DNA of 27,605 nucleotides from a virus (Duplodnaviria; Heunggongvirae; Uroviricota; Caudoviricetes): IMG/VR virus record IMGVR_UViG_2534681674_000034, positions 1 to 27,605 of that record; one strand, 5' to 3'. Shown piece by piece: positions 17,358 to 25,844 of this stretch (position 1 is its first letter; each line of letters starts with the position of its first letter). The notes under the pieces were generated by a model. It saw only the letters and a program-made list of their open reading frames with translations, ran no database searches and was not told where the DNA came from. The position numbers and the translations under genes were made by a program.

Positions 17358-18407
17358 GTGCGGGTATTACTTCGACCTGTTCTGGTACCGGAACTCGGGC
17401 TGGTGGTCCTTAAGCCCGGTCGTGAATCATTGCCAGTTTTTCATCGCGGCAGGGTGCTGGTGGAGCCTGAACCGAAAAGCATGCGCGGTCTGCCGTCCGG
17501 AGTCGTCCCTGCCGTTCGCCAGCCGCTGGCGGAGGATAAATCATTACTGCCATTTTTCAGCGATGAGCGGGTGATTCATGCTGCGGGTGGCGCTGGTGCA
17601 CTGTCTGACTGGTTATTACGTCACGTGAAATCCTGCCAGTGGCTACACGGTGATTATCATCACAGCGAAACCGTCATTCACCGTTACGGTACCGGCGCGA
17701 TGGTGTTGTGCTGGCACTGCGACAACCAGCTGCGGGAGCAGACATCTGATTCACTGGATCAACTTGCTCAACAGAATCTGGCCGCCTGGATGATTGACAT
17801 CATCCGTCACGCAATGAATGGCGCACAGGAGCGTGAATTATCTCTGGCTGAATTATCCTGGTGGGCGGTCCGCAATCAGGTGGCGGACGCGCTACCTGAA
17901 GCGGTATTACGTCGTTCGCTGGGGTTGCGTGCGGAAAAAATCCGCTCCGTATACCGTGAAAGCGACATCGTACCGGGAGAGCAGACCGCCACCAGCATAC
18001 TGAAGCAGCGCACAAAAAATCTTGCGCCGTTGCCTCATGCCCACCAGCAACAGAACCCACCACAGGAAAAGACGGTGGTATGCATCACCGTTGATCCGGA
18101 GTCTCCGGAATCTTTCATGAGGCGACCTAAACGTCGCCGCTGGGTAAATGAGAAATATACGCGCTGGGTGAAGACACAGCCGTGTGCGTGTTGTGGTCAG
18201 CCAGCCGACGATCCCCATCACCTGATTGGTCACGGTCAGGGAGGGATGGGAACAAAGGCCCACGATATTTTCACGCTACCGTTGTGCCGGGAACATCACA
18301 ACGAACTTCATGCGGATCCGCTGGCGTTCGAAGAAAAGCATGGTTCCCAGGTTGATTTAATTTTTCGTTTTCTTGATCACGCCTTTGCAACCGGCGTGCT
18401 CGGGTAA
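17358..18407 (+). CDS. DUF968-family protein with C-terminal HNH-like Cys/His motif
   Basis: 349-aa ORF (GTG start). C-terminus CACCGQPADDPHHLIGHGQGG...CREHHNELH. Confidence 0.65.
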   Translation: MRVLLRPVLVPELGLVVLKPGRESLPVFHRGRVLVEPEPKSMRGLPSGVVPAVRQPLAEDKSLLPFFSDERVIHAAGGAGALSDWLLRHVKSCQWLHGDYHHSETVIHRYGTGAMVLCWHCDNQLREQTSDSLDQLAQQNLAAWMIDIIRHAMNGAQERELSLAELSWWAVRNQVADALPEAVLRRSLGLRAEKIRSVYRESDIVPGEQTATSILKQRTKNLAPLPHAHQQQNPPQEKTVVCITVDPESPESFMRRPKRRRWVNEKYTRWVKTQPCACCGQPADDPHHLIGHGQGGMGTKAHDIFTLPLCREHHNELHADPLAFEEKHGSQVDLIFRFLDHAFATGVLG

Positions 18408-18419
18408 AAGAGGTTACTG

Positions 18420-18779
18420 ATGCGTATAGAGTTTGTTTTGCCTTATCCGCCGACGGTGAATACTTACTGGCGACGTCGTGGCAACACATATTTTGTATCA
18501 AAAGTCGGTGAGCGTTATCGCCGTGATGTGGCACTAATTGTTCGCCAGCAGCGGTTGAAATTAAACCTGTCCGGACGGCTGGCGATAAAGATTATTGCAG
18601 AGCCACCAGATAAACGTCGTCGTGACCTGGACAATATCCTGAAAGCACCACTGGATGCGCTGACGCATGCCGGACTTCTCATAGACGACGAGCAGTTTGA
18701 TGAAATCAATATTGTGCGCGGTCAGCTCGTTTCTGGTGGGCGGCTGGGCGTGAAGATTTACAAAATTGAGAGTGAGTGA
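18420..18779 (+). CDS. rusA: RusA-family Holliday junction resolvase
   Basis: 119-aa ORF. DKRRRDLDNILKAPLDALTHAGLLIDD resembles RusA from memory. AAGAGG SD. Confidence 0.85.
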   Translation: MRIEFVLPYPPTVNTYWRRRGNTYFVSKVGERYRRDVALIVRQQRLKLNLSGRLAIKIIAEPPDKRRRDLDNILKAPLDALTHAGLLIDDEQFDEINIVRGQLVSGGRLGVKIYKIESE

Positions 18780-19330
18780 TCGTAAATATGATATACCCGG
18801 AAATTACAGGCAAAAGCGGCGAGCATTTACGTCTAAAAACGCTGGAAGCCGTCTGGATCCAGGGGAAATTACGGATGTGGGGGCGTTGGTCGTATATAGG
18901 TGGTAGCAAAACAGGAAATATGTTCAATCAGTTGCTGGCATCCAAAAAACTGACAAAAACCGCAATCAATGAAGCCCTGCGTAGAATCAGGGAGTCAGGG
19001 ATTGATAAACCAGAGCTGGAAGCATTCTTGCGAGAGATGATCGCTGGCAGACAGAAGAGCTGGTTGTCTCACTGTACTGATGCAGAGGCGTTACGCATTG
19101 ATGGGGTGATAAGTAAAGCGCTTGCACGTTATCCTGGATTGATTGATATCCTGCGGCAAAGATACGAAGGGCGGGGGATGAGTAAACGCAAAATGGCTGA
19201 ATTGTTGAATGAGGTTCACCATGAGTGGTGCTATGCAACATGCCGCAATCGTATAGATATGTGGCTGAGAATAGCTGAGTTTATTCTGTATCCACTGATG
19301 CGAGATGCATTTTCTTTTACTGACGCTTAG
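18776..19330 (+). CDS. Putative late-gene antiterminator Q (assigned by position); alternative start at ATG 18788
   Basis: 184-aa ORF between rusA and the terminator/tRNA/lysis region. No sequence match to lambda Q recalled. Confidence 0.5.
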   Translation: MIVNMIYPEITGKSGEHLRLKTLEAVWIQGKLRMWGRWSYIGGSKTGNMFNQLLASKKLTKTAINEALRRIRESGIDKPELEAFLREMIAGRQKSWLSHCTDAEALRIDGVISKALARYPGLIDILRQRYEGRGMSKRKMAELLNEVHHEWCYATCRNRIDMWLRIAEFILYPLMRDAFSFTDA

Positions 19331-19495
19331 AATCTGGAGGGCGTTTGTTGTTGCACGAAGAGGATTTTTGGCTGGTAGTAAGGTTTGTGCAGTTTTAGAA
19401 AAAAAGCTTGTATTTTTAGCCATAAACTGTTTCAATCCAGCTACGCTTCGCAAAGCTGTATCGCTAGGCGAACCAAACGCATGAACTTTACCAGA

Positions 19496-19520
19496 ACCCG
19501 CCATTGAGCGGGTTTTTTAT
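19496..19520 (+). terminator. Intrinsic terminator (tR'-like) downstream of putative Q
   Basis: CCCGC-CATTGA-GCGGG followed by TTTTTT. Confidence 0.55.
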
Positions 19521-19557
19521 TGCGGAATTAATTACGGACCGTTATTATTCTGCTCCC

Positions 19558-19633
19558 GGCCCTTTAGCTCAGTGGTGAGAGCGAGCGACTCATAATCGCC
19601 AGGTCGCTGGTTCAAATCCAGCAAGGGCCACCA
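19558..19633 (+). tRNA. tRNA with CAU anticodon (Ile2-lysidine type or Met), CCA encoded
   Basis: Hand fold: acceptor GGCCCTT/AAGGGCC, D-stem GCTC/GAGC, anticodon loop CTCATAA, T-arm GCTGG-TTCAAAT-CCAGC. Confidence 0.8.
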
Positions 19634-19642
19634 TATCACATA

Positions 19643-19719
19643 CCGCCATTAGCTCATCGGGACAGAGCGCCAGCCTTCGAAGCTGGCTGTGCGGGGTTCA
19701 AGTCCCCGATGGCAGTCCA
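19643..19719 (+). tRNA. tRNA-Arg (anticodon UCG), CCA encoded
   Basis: Hand fold: anticodon stem CCAGC/GCTGG with loop CTTCGAA, T-arm CGGGG-TTCAAGT-CCCCG. One C-A mismatch in the acceptor stem. Confidence 0.7.
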
Positions 19720-19732
19720 TTATCAGCATCAT

Positions 19733-19809
19733 GCGTTGTTAGCTCAGCCGGACAGAGCAATTGCCTTCTAAGCAATCGGTCACTGGTTCGAATCCAGTAC
19801 AACGCGCCA
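19733..19809 (+). tRNA. tRNA-Arg (anticodon UCU), CCA encoded
   Basis: Hand fold: perfect acceptor GCGTTGT/ACAACGC, anticodon loop CTTCTAA, T-arm ACTGG-TTCGAAT-CCAGT. Confidence 0.8.
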
Positions 19810-19822
19810 TATTTATTTACTT

Positions 19823-19847
19823 GGCTCGCTTTTGCGGGCCTTTTTTT
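19823..19847 (+). terminator. Intrinsic terminator after the tRNA cluster
   Basis: GGCTCGC-TTTT-GCGGGCC followed by TTTTTTT. Confidence 0.55.
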
Positions 19848-19899
19848 GTATCTGCGTTACACCATTAACTAATAAATCGAGTGCTTATCAGGAGGCTAT

Positions 19900-20124
19900 G
19901 TGAAAAAACTGATGGTGACGATTGGTCCGTTCGAAACAGAAGTTAGTTTTCGTGTTGTTCAGGGGGAGAGTGTACTTGTTGAAGATGTATTTCATGGAAA
20001 ATCAACAGGTCCTTATGTAAAAGAATATCTTATCGACGCCACGGATGAAAATATTGAGGTGGTGTACGATTCCGTCAATCACCCTGATTTGATCATTAAG
20101 GCAAAATTGAAGCCACTTTATTGA
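19900..20124 (+). CDS. Hypothetical small protein, 74 aa (GTG start; alternative ATG at 19912)
   Basis: AGGAGG 4 nt upstream of GTG. No family recognised. Confidence 0.45.
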   Translation: MKKLMVTIGPFETEVSFRVVQGESVLVEDVFHGKSTGPYVKEYLIDATDENIEVVYDSVNHPDLIIKAKLKPLY

Positions 20125-20176
20125 TCTGACCGGGAGCAATCATAAAATATCTCTGGGTACCCACAAGGAGATAAAT

Positions 20177-20386
20177 ATGTTTGTTTCTGAAGTGTTAATG
20201 GAAGATAAGGACAACAAAGGATGGGTTAAAGGTTGGGCTGTGGTAAGAAGCTCGCCCTGGCATCTTGTTGGGGTTTTTGCGACAGAGGAAGACGCAGAAA
20301 CGGAAGCAAGAAAGATGGGAGATAAGTACGAGGTTCACTATGGCTCGCATCGAACAGGAAGTGATGATTTTGTCTGGGGGGAGTAA
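20177..20386 (+). CDS. Hypothetical small protein, 69 aa
   Basis: AGGAG SD 7 nt upstream. No family recognised. Confidence 0.5.
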   Translation: MFVSEVLMEDKDNKGWVKGWAVVRSSPWHLVGVFATEEDAETEARKMGDKYEVHYGSHRTGSDDFVWGE

Positions 20387-20420
20387 CAGTCGTTTAACCC
20401 CAGAATAATCCCGTAACTGA

Positions 20421-20443
20421 GGTCGCTATTGGCGGCCTTTTTT
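20421..20443 (+). terminator. Intrinsic terminator, sequence-related to the one at 19823..19847
   Basis: GGTCGC-TATTG-GCGGCC followed by TTTTTT. Downstream GTATCCGCG parallels GTATCTGCG after the other copy. Confidence 0.5.
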
Positions 20444-20575
20444 GTATCCGCGCCACGCCCGGCGCATATCAACCACAGAGCCTTTCGGGGGTGAGCTTAC
20501 GGAGTGGTCAGTGTGACTTTCTCTGTGGGCAGATCGCTCCCGGGCGTTGGCTCACCCACCCAAAGGAACGTCACG

Positions 20576-21007
20576 ATGTTTGGTATTTTTGGTAAAAAAG
20601 CCCGCCGAGCGGCAGTGGAAATTAAAAAGTTTGAGAAACGTGATCTGGCACAGGCGGTTATTAATGCTGCCTATCTGGTGGCCTATGCAGATGGTGAATG
20701 TGAGGCTTCAGAGAAAGCGAAGATCGAGCAGATCTTGCGTAACCAGCCTGCGTTGTCCGCGTTTACGTCAGAAATTAATGCGATTAGCGCAACCATTATC
20801 GGTCAGCTGGATACGAACTTTAAAATTGGTCGTCGAGCGGCATTGCGTGAAATTGAAGATGTGAAACACGATACGCGTGAAGCGGAAGATGTGCTGGATG
20901 TGGCGGTGGCCATTGCGGAGGCAGACGGCGAAATTGAGCCGGAAGAGCGCAAGGTGCTGGAAGAGATTGCCGGTGTTCTGGGTCTTCGTCTGGAGAATCA
21001 CCAGTGA
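20576..21007 (+). CDS. TerB-like domain protein, 143 aa
   Basis: ATG at 20576 with AAGGAA upstream (track ORF starts further upstream). Two ADGE-containing helices typical of TerB-like domains. Confidence 0.6.
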   Translation: MFGIFGKKARRAAVEIKKFEKRDLAQAVINAAYLVAYADGECEASEKAKIEQILRNQPALSAFTSEINAISATIIGQLDTNFKIGRRAALREIEDVKHDTREAEDVLDVAVAIAEADGEIEPEERKVLEEIAGVLGLRLENHQ

Positions 21008-21171
21008 CGGTAAAACTGCGCCTGGCTGTGGCTGCACTCCTGCTGTTTCTGGTGGTGATGGTGGATTTCACCAGCAGAATCATGTCGGTGCTGGCGGATG
21101 GGGTGCTGGTCTGCGGCATTGTGGTATTGCTGTGGCCGGTGATAAAAAGAAACAGCCTGCATAATGCTTGA
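21004..21171 (+). CDS. Small membrane protein, 55 aa, GTG start overlapping the TerB-like stop (below ORF-track cutoff)
   Basis: Hand translation VTVKLRLAVAALLLFLVVMVDFTSRIMSVLADGVLVCGIVVLLWPVIKRNSLHNA with two hydrophobic segments. Confidence 0.4.
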   Translation: MTVKLRLAVAALLLFLVVMVDFTSRIMSVLADGVLVCGIVVLLWPVIKRNSLHNA

Positions 21172-21372
21172 TTTTTTTATTTGCTGTTTATTAAAAATAC
21201 TACTGCATGGTGAATCCCCCTGTGCGGAGGGGCGATCAGCAACCAGGTATATGGGATAATCGCGGATTCAGGTGCTGATACTGAATTCACCGGGAGGCAC
21301 CCGGCACCATGCTTTGCCGCAAAAGTGTTGTTTCTGTTTTTCTCAAACTATCATCGTTATCCCTTTATTTCC

Positions 21373-21399
21373 GGCTGCGCATGGCGTGGCCTTTTTTTT
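21373..21399 (+). terminator. Possible intrinsic terminator upstream of nanS-p
   Basis: GGCTGCGC-ATG-GCGTGGCC (two G-U pairs) followed by a run of 8 T. Confidence 0.4.
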
Positions 21400-21485
21400 A
21401 CGACCAGCCACTGGCAGATGGCCATCCTGTAATTTGATTCCGGTTCCGGCTTTTTAACTCTGTTCCTGTACACGGGAGAAATTCG

Positions 21486-23339
21486 ATGTCGATTAAACAT
21501 TATGATGTTGTCAGGGCGGCGTCGCCGTCAGACCTTGCGGAAAAGCTGACACACAAACTGAAAGAGGGCTGGCAGCCGTTTGGTAGTCCGGTGGCCATAA
21601 CCCCTTATACCCTGATGCAGGCGATTACAGCAGAAGGTGATGTGGTGGTCAGTGGTGCAACTGAGCCGGATTGGTACTACGTCATCGTACTGGCCGGGCA
21701 GTCCAATGCCATGGCTTACGGTGAAGGGCTTCCGCTGCCGGATTCATACGATGCTCCGGATCCGCGCATTAAACAGCTGGCGCGCCGCAGTACAGTTACG
21801 CCGGGTGGGGCTGCATGCAGATATAACGATATTATTCCGGCCGACCACTGCCTGCATGATGTGCAGGATATGAGTACGCTGAATCATCCGAAGGCAGACC
21901 TGAGCAAAGGGCAGTACGGCTGTGTCGGCCAGGGCTTACATATTGCCAAAAAACTGCTCCCGTATATCCCGAATAACGCGGGGATCCTGCTGGTACCATG
22001 CTGTCGTGGTGGTTCGGCATTCACCCAGGGCGCGGAGGGGACATTCAGTGCGGACACGGGGGCCAGCCAGGATTCGGCACGCTGGGGTGTGGGTAAACCG
22101 TTATATCAGGACCTGATTGCGCGCACTAAAGCTGCATTACAGAAGAACCCGAAAAATGTGTTGCTGGCGGTGTGCTGGATGCAGGGAGAGTTTGACATGA
22201 GCGCCGCCACCCACGCACAGCAACCTGCGCTGTTTACAGCCATGCTGACACAGTTTCGTGCTGACCTCTCCGTGTTTAACGCGCAGTGCCATGGTGGCAG
22301 TGCTGCAGATGTGCCGTGGATTTGTGGTGACACGACGTATTACTGGAAAAATACATACGCTACCCAGTACGACACCGTGTACGGCGGGTATAAAAACAGG
22401 GAGAGTGAGGGCGTTTATTTTGTGCCCTTCATGACAGACGGTAACGGCGTCAATACCGCCACTAACGCGCCGGCAGAAGATCCGGATATTCCGGCATCAG
22501 GATATTACGGTGCGGCATCGAGAACGAATGGAAACCAGGTATCATCAAACCGCCCGACACATTTCAGTTCATGGGCGCGCAGGAGCATTATTCCGGATCG
22601 TCTGGCAACCGCTATTCTGAACGCAGCCGGGCGCACCTCAGCCTTCATCAGTGGTAAGGCACCGGAAATCAAACCCTCGCCCGGCGGCAACACGCCATCG
22701 GGTCCGTCTGCAGATACGTCCGTTCGCACAATCTCCCTGCTGCCGGCAGCCGGAGAGGCTGCTGCGCAGGGCTGGAGCATTAAGGATGGCGGAATTCAGT
22801 TGTCAGATGGTGTATTTAAGATCACCAAGCAGAGCAATAAAACCTGGTCCCTGACGCATCCGGTGGATGACGCAATTACCCTGCTGACACAGGGCGGCAG
22901 ACTGACCTGTAAGTTCCGCCTGTCAGGCGCGCTGACCAACAATCAGTTCGGGCTGGGGATTTATCTGTATACGGATGCTCCCGTTCCTGATGGTGTGGCG
23001 ATGACGGGTACCGGTAATCCGTTCCTGATGTCGTACTTCACTCAGACCACTGACGGCAGAGTGAATCTGATGCATCACAGGAAAGCCGGAAACACGAAGC
23101 TGGGGGAGTTCGGCGATTACGGTAACGACTGGCAGACGCTGGAGCTGGTGTTCACCGCCGGCAGTGCCACGGTTACTCCGAAACTGAATGGAGTGGCTGG
23201 CCCGGCATTCCAGGTTATAAAAGACAGTCTGACACTGGGACTGAATGCGCTGACGCTGACGGATGTTACAAAAAATGCAGCGTATGGCGTTGAGATAGAA
23301 AGTCTGGTGCTGGAGATAAATGCACCGGCATCATCATAA
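21486..23339 (+). CDS. nanS: Prophage sialate 9-O-acetylesterase (NanS-p type: N-terminal DUF1737-like region plus SGNH/SASA esterase)
   Basis: 617-aa [17 protein letters not shown] has the GQSN motif of SGNH hydrolases. Position between tRNAs and holin matches nanS-p genes of Stx-type prophages. Confidence 0.75.
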   Translation: MSIKHYDVVRAASPSDLAEKLTHKLKEGWQPFGSPVAITPYTLMQAITAEGDVVVSGATEPDWYYVIVLAGQSNAMAYGEGLPLPDSYDAPDPRIKQLARRSTVTPGGAACRYNDIIPADHCLHDVQDMSTLNHPKADLSKGQYGCVGQGLHIAKKLLPYIPNNAGILLVPCCRGGSAFTQGAEGTFSADTGASQDSARWGVGKPLYQDLIARTKAALQKNPKNVLLAVCWMQGEFDMSAATHAQQPALFTAMLTQFRADLSVFNAQCHGGSAADVPWICGDTTYYWKNTYATQYDTVYGGYKNRESEGVYFVPFMTDGNGVNTATNAPAEDPDIPASGYYGAASRTNGNQVSSNRPTHFSSWARRSIIPDRLATAILNAAGRTSAFISGKAPEIKPSPGGNTPSGPSADTSVRTISLLPAAGEAAAQGWSIKDGGIQLSDGVFKITKQSNKTWSLTHPVDDAITLLTQGGRLTCKFRLSGALTNNQFGLGIYLYTDAPVPDGVAMTGTGNPFLMSYFTQTTDGRVNLMHHRKAGNTKLGEFGDYGNDWQTLELVFTAGSATVTPKLNGVAGPAFQVIKDSLTLGLNALTLTDVTKNAAYGVEIESLVLEINAPASS

Positions 23340-23488
23340 AAAGTGAGCCAGTCAAATGGAAGGTATCGTTAAACTCACCGGTAGTGTCAGTGGGTCGTCT
23401 GAGACGCCTGCATGAGTTATCAGAGCCATCAGTAGTTAACTGGTGGCTTTTTTATTGTTGTCAGCTTCCGGATAACGGGAGACGGGGT

Positions 23489-23704
23489 ATGTACCAGATG
23501 GAAAAAATCACAACGGGTGTGTCATACACCACGTCAGCGGTGGGGACGGGATACTGGTTACTGCAGCTGCTGGACAAAGTCTCTCCGTCCCAGTGGGTGG
23601 CGATAGGTGTGCTGGGGAGTCTGCTGTTTGGCCTGCTGACGTATCTTACTAACCTGTATTTCAAAATCAGAGAGGACCGTCGTAAGGCGGCGCGGGGAGA
23701 GTAA
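23489..23704 (+). CDS. S: Pinholin (phage 21 S21-type), 71 aa with dual-start motif MYQM
   Basis: ...[41 protein letters not shown] resembles S21. GGGAGACGGGG upstream. Confidence 0.85.
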   Translation: MYQMEKITTGVSYTTSAVGTGYWLLQLLDKVSPSQWVAIGVLGSLLFGLLTYLTNLYFKIREDRRKAARGE

Positions 23705-23708
23705 AGCG

Positions 23709-24053
23709 ATGAAGAAAAAATACGAACTGGTTGTTAAAGGGATAAATAATTACCCGGATAAGATTACTGTTACTGTGGCACTGGAAATTGGTGGGTATCC
23801 GTCACTGTTGTTGCCAGATGTGGCGATTAGTCTTGACCGTACTGAAGGAGCCACGCTGGAGTTTTACGAAGCTGAGGCGAAAAAGCAGGCGAAGCAGTTT
23901 TTCATGGATGTTGCTGCCGGGTTATGTGAAGGGGATGGTCCGTTGCCGGAAAAGCGGCCCATCATTTTAGAGGCGCAGGATGTGTTGATAACCTACAGAG
24001 GAAAACTACCGGGAATAATTACTGGTTCTCTGAAGACTCCACCGCTGGCCTGA
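23709..24053 (+). CDS. Hypothetical protein between holin and endolysin, 114 aa
   Basis: ORF with GGGGAGAG upstream. No family recognised. Confidence 0.5.
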   Translation: MKKKYELVVKGINNYPDKITVTVALEIGGYPSLLLPDVAISLDRTEGATLEFYEAEAKKQAKQFFMDVAAGLCEGDGPLPEKRPIILEAQDVLITYRGKLPGIITGSLKTPPLA

Positions 24054-24103
24054 AGACTTAACATATCCAGGGATTTGAAATCGATAAATCCTGATAAATA
24101 TCC

Positions 24104-24637
24104 ATGAACGCAAAAATCAGATACGGCCTGTCGGCTGCCGTTCTGGCGCTGATTGGTGCAGGGGCGTCTGCGCCTGAAATCCTCGACCAGTTTCTGGATG
24201 AAAAGGAAGGTAACCACACCACGGCATACCGTGATGGTGCGGGTATCTGGACCATCTGCCGCGGTGCCATCCTGGTGGATGGTAAACCTGTCGTTCCGGG
24301 CATGAAGTTGTCGAAGGAAAAATGCGACCGGGTTAACGCCATTGAGCGTGATAAGGCGCTGGCATGGGTGGAGAAAAACATCAAAGTGCCGCTGACCGAA
24401 CCCCAGAAAGCGGGGATCGCGTCATTCTGTCCGTACAACATTGGTCCCGGTAAGTGTTTCCCGTCGACGTTTTACAGACGAATTAATGCAGGTGATCGAA
24501 AAGGTGCCTGCGAAGCGATTCGCTGGTGGATTAAGGACGGTGGCAGAGACTGCCGTATTCGTTCAAACAACTGTTACGGTCAGGTATCCCGTCGTGACCA
24601 GGAGAGCGCGCTGGCGTGCTGGGGAATCGACAGATAA
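24104..24637 (+). CDS. R: SAR endolysin (T4-lysozyme-like muramidase with N-terminal signal-anchor-release segment)
   Basis: N-terminal hydrophobic YGLSAAVLALIGAGASA. Catalytic E-8-D-5-T pattern (EGNHTTAYRDGAGIWT). Resembles phage 21 R. Confidence 0.85.
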   Translation: MNAKIRYGLSAAVLALIGAGASAPEILDQFLDEKEGNHTTAYRDGAGIWTICRGAILVDGKPVVPGMKLSKEKCDRVNAIERDKALAWVEKNIKVPLTEPQKAGIASFCPYNIGPGKCFPSTFYRRINAGDRKGACEAIRWWIKDGGRDCRIRSNNCYGQVSRRDQESALACWGIDR

Positions 24638-24731
24638 GAAGAATATTTTGCTGAAAAATGAGGTTTGCTCACACGGACGGATAACACGAAATCCTGCGAA
24701 CTGACAAAAACTAAGTGAATAAAAGTAAAAA

Positions 24732-24763
24732 CCCCGTTTGTTGGCTGCAAGCGGGGTTTTGTG
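24732..24763 (+). terminator. Intrinsic terminator between endolysin and spanin genes
   Basis: CCCCGTTTG-TTGGCTG-CAAGCGGGG (9-bp stem, one G-U) followed by TTTT. Confidence 0.55.
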
Positions 24764-24796
24764 TTTCCTGACTCTGGAAAAGTCAAAGGAGAAAGT

Positions 24797-24934
24797 GTGT
24801 TTGATTTTAGCAAACTGATTCGGGAGATTCGAGTGATGGCTGAAAAATTATCTACCTGGAAGTTCATTCTTATCTGGCGGGTGTTTGTGATTATGGCCTC
24901 CGGTTATTTCATCGGTCAGATACGCTGGTGGTGA
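24797..24934 (+). CDS. Small hydrophobic protein, 45 aa from GTG (or 32 aa from ATG 24836), immediately upstream of Rz (below ORF-track cutoff)
   Basis: AAGGAGAAA SD. Translation ...MAEKLSTWKFILIWRVFVIMASGYFIGQIRWW. Stop 1 nt before the Rz ATG. Confidence 0.35.
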   Translation: MFDFSKLIREIRVMAEKLSTWKFILIWRVFVIMASGYFIGQIRWW

Positions 24935-24935
24935 A

Positions 24936-25403
24936 ATGAACCGCGTACTGTGCGTGGTCATCATTGCCCTGCTGGTGGCCTGTGGTGCGCTTAGTCTGGG
25001 GCTGAATCATTACCGTGATAACGCCATAACCTACAAAGAGCAGCGCGATAAAAAAGTCAGTGAGCTGGAGCTGGCAAATGCAACCATTACTGATATGCAG
25101 CAGCGCCAGCGTGATGTTGCTGCACTTGATGCCAGATACTCGAGGGAATTAGCCGATGCGAGAGCTGAAAATGAAACTCTTCGCGCTGACGTTGCCGCTG
25201 GTCACCGTAGCCTGCGGATCAACGCCACCTGTCCAGGTCCCGTGCGTGAAGCCACCGGCACCGCCCGCGTGGATAATGCAACCGGCCCCCAACTGGCAGA
25301 CACCGTTACACGGGATTATTTCATCCTCAGAGAACGGTTGATGACAATGCAGAAGCAGCTGGAAGGGGCACAGGACTATATCCGCACTCAGTGCCTGAAC
25401 TAA
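24936..25403 (+). CDS. Rz: Rz inner-membrane spanin (i-spanin)
   Basis: 155-aa ORF with N-terminal TM segment and coiled-coil-like periplasmic part. Contains embedded Rz1 in the +1 frame. Confidence 0.85.
   Translation: MNRVLCVVIIALLVACGALSLGLNHYRDNAITYKEQRDKKVSELELANATITDMQQRQRDVAALDARYSRELADARAENETLRADVAAGHRSLRINATCPGPVREATGTARVDNATGPQLADTVTRDYFILRERLMTMQKQLEGAQDYIRTQCLN
25171..25341 (+). CDS. Rz1: Rz1 outer-membrane lipoprotein spanin (o-spanin), embedded in Rz
   Basis: MKLFALTLPLVTVAC... signal with lipobox Cys, then proline-rich PPAPPAWIMQPAPNWQTPL resembling lambda Rz1. Confidence 0.8.
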   Translation: MKLFALTLPLVTVACGSTPPVQVPCVKPPAPPAWIMQPAPNWQTPLHGIISSSENG

Positions 25404-25655
25404 GTTTTGCTGATGCGCCGTATCGTCGCTGTATTCCCTCATTAACAGAGACCGCAGCCCGACAGGGAGACTACTCTGCGCGAGTGTGCGGGGATAATCA
25501 AAAACGATACACACCGGGGTTTACCGCGTAAACGGAGCGCGGCGTTGTCCCCTCATGGTCGCTGGTCCGGTGCGATGGTGGAAGAAACTGGATTTGCTGC
25601 AACTGATAACCATTATCATTTTCGCGGGTCCTTTCCTGCGATCCGACAGGTTACG

Positions 25656-25667
25656 GGGCGGCGACCT
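25656..25667 (+). other. cosN cohesive-end sequence GGGCGGCGACCT (lambda-type cos); cosB lies between here and Nu1
   Basis: CGACAGGTTACG|GGGCGGCGACCTCGCGGGTTTTCGCTATTTATGAAAATTTTCCGG matches the joined lambda right and left ends from memory. Confidence 0.85.
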
Positions 25668-25844
25668 CGCGGGTTTTCGCTATTTATGAAAATTTTCCGG
25701 TTTAAGGCGTTTCCGTTCTTCTTCGCCGTAACCTAATGTTTTTATTTAAAACACCCCCTGAAAAGAAAGGAAACGACAGGTGCTGAAAACGGGCTTTTTG
25801 GCCTCTGTCGTTTCCTTTCTCTGTTTTTGTCCGTGGAATGAACA

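Noticed and set aside
19848-20400. Shiga toxin genes stxA/stxB after the tRNA cluster
   Set aside because: Looked for a ~320-aa A subunit and ~90-aa B subunit ORF pair here. Only two unrelated small ORFs are present, so no stx.
20877-21164. Plus-strand 95-aa ORF from the track
   Set aside because: W/R/K-rich translation without SD. The overlapping GTG-initiated frame encodes a convincing two-TM peptide coupled to the TerB-like gene.
24441-24704. Plus-strand 87-aa ORF
   Set aside because: Alternative frame inside the SAR endolysin gene, with no independent support.
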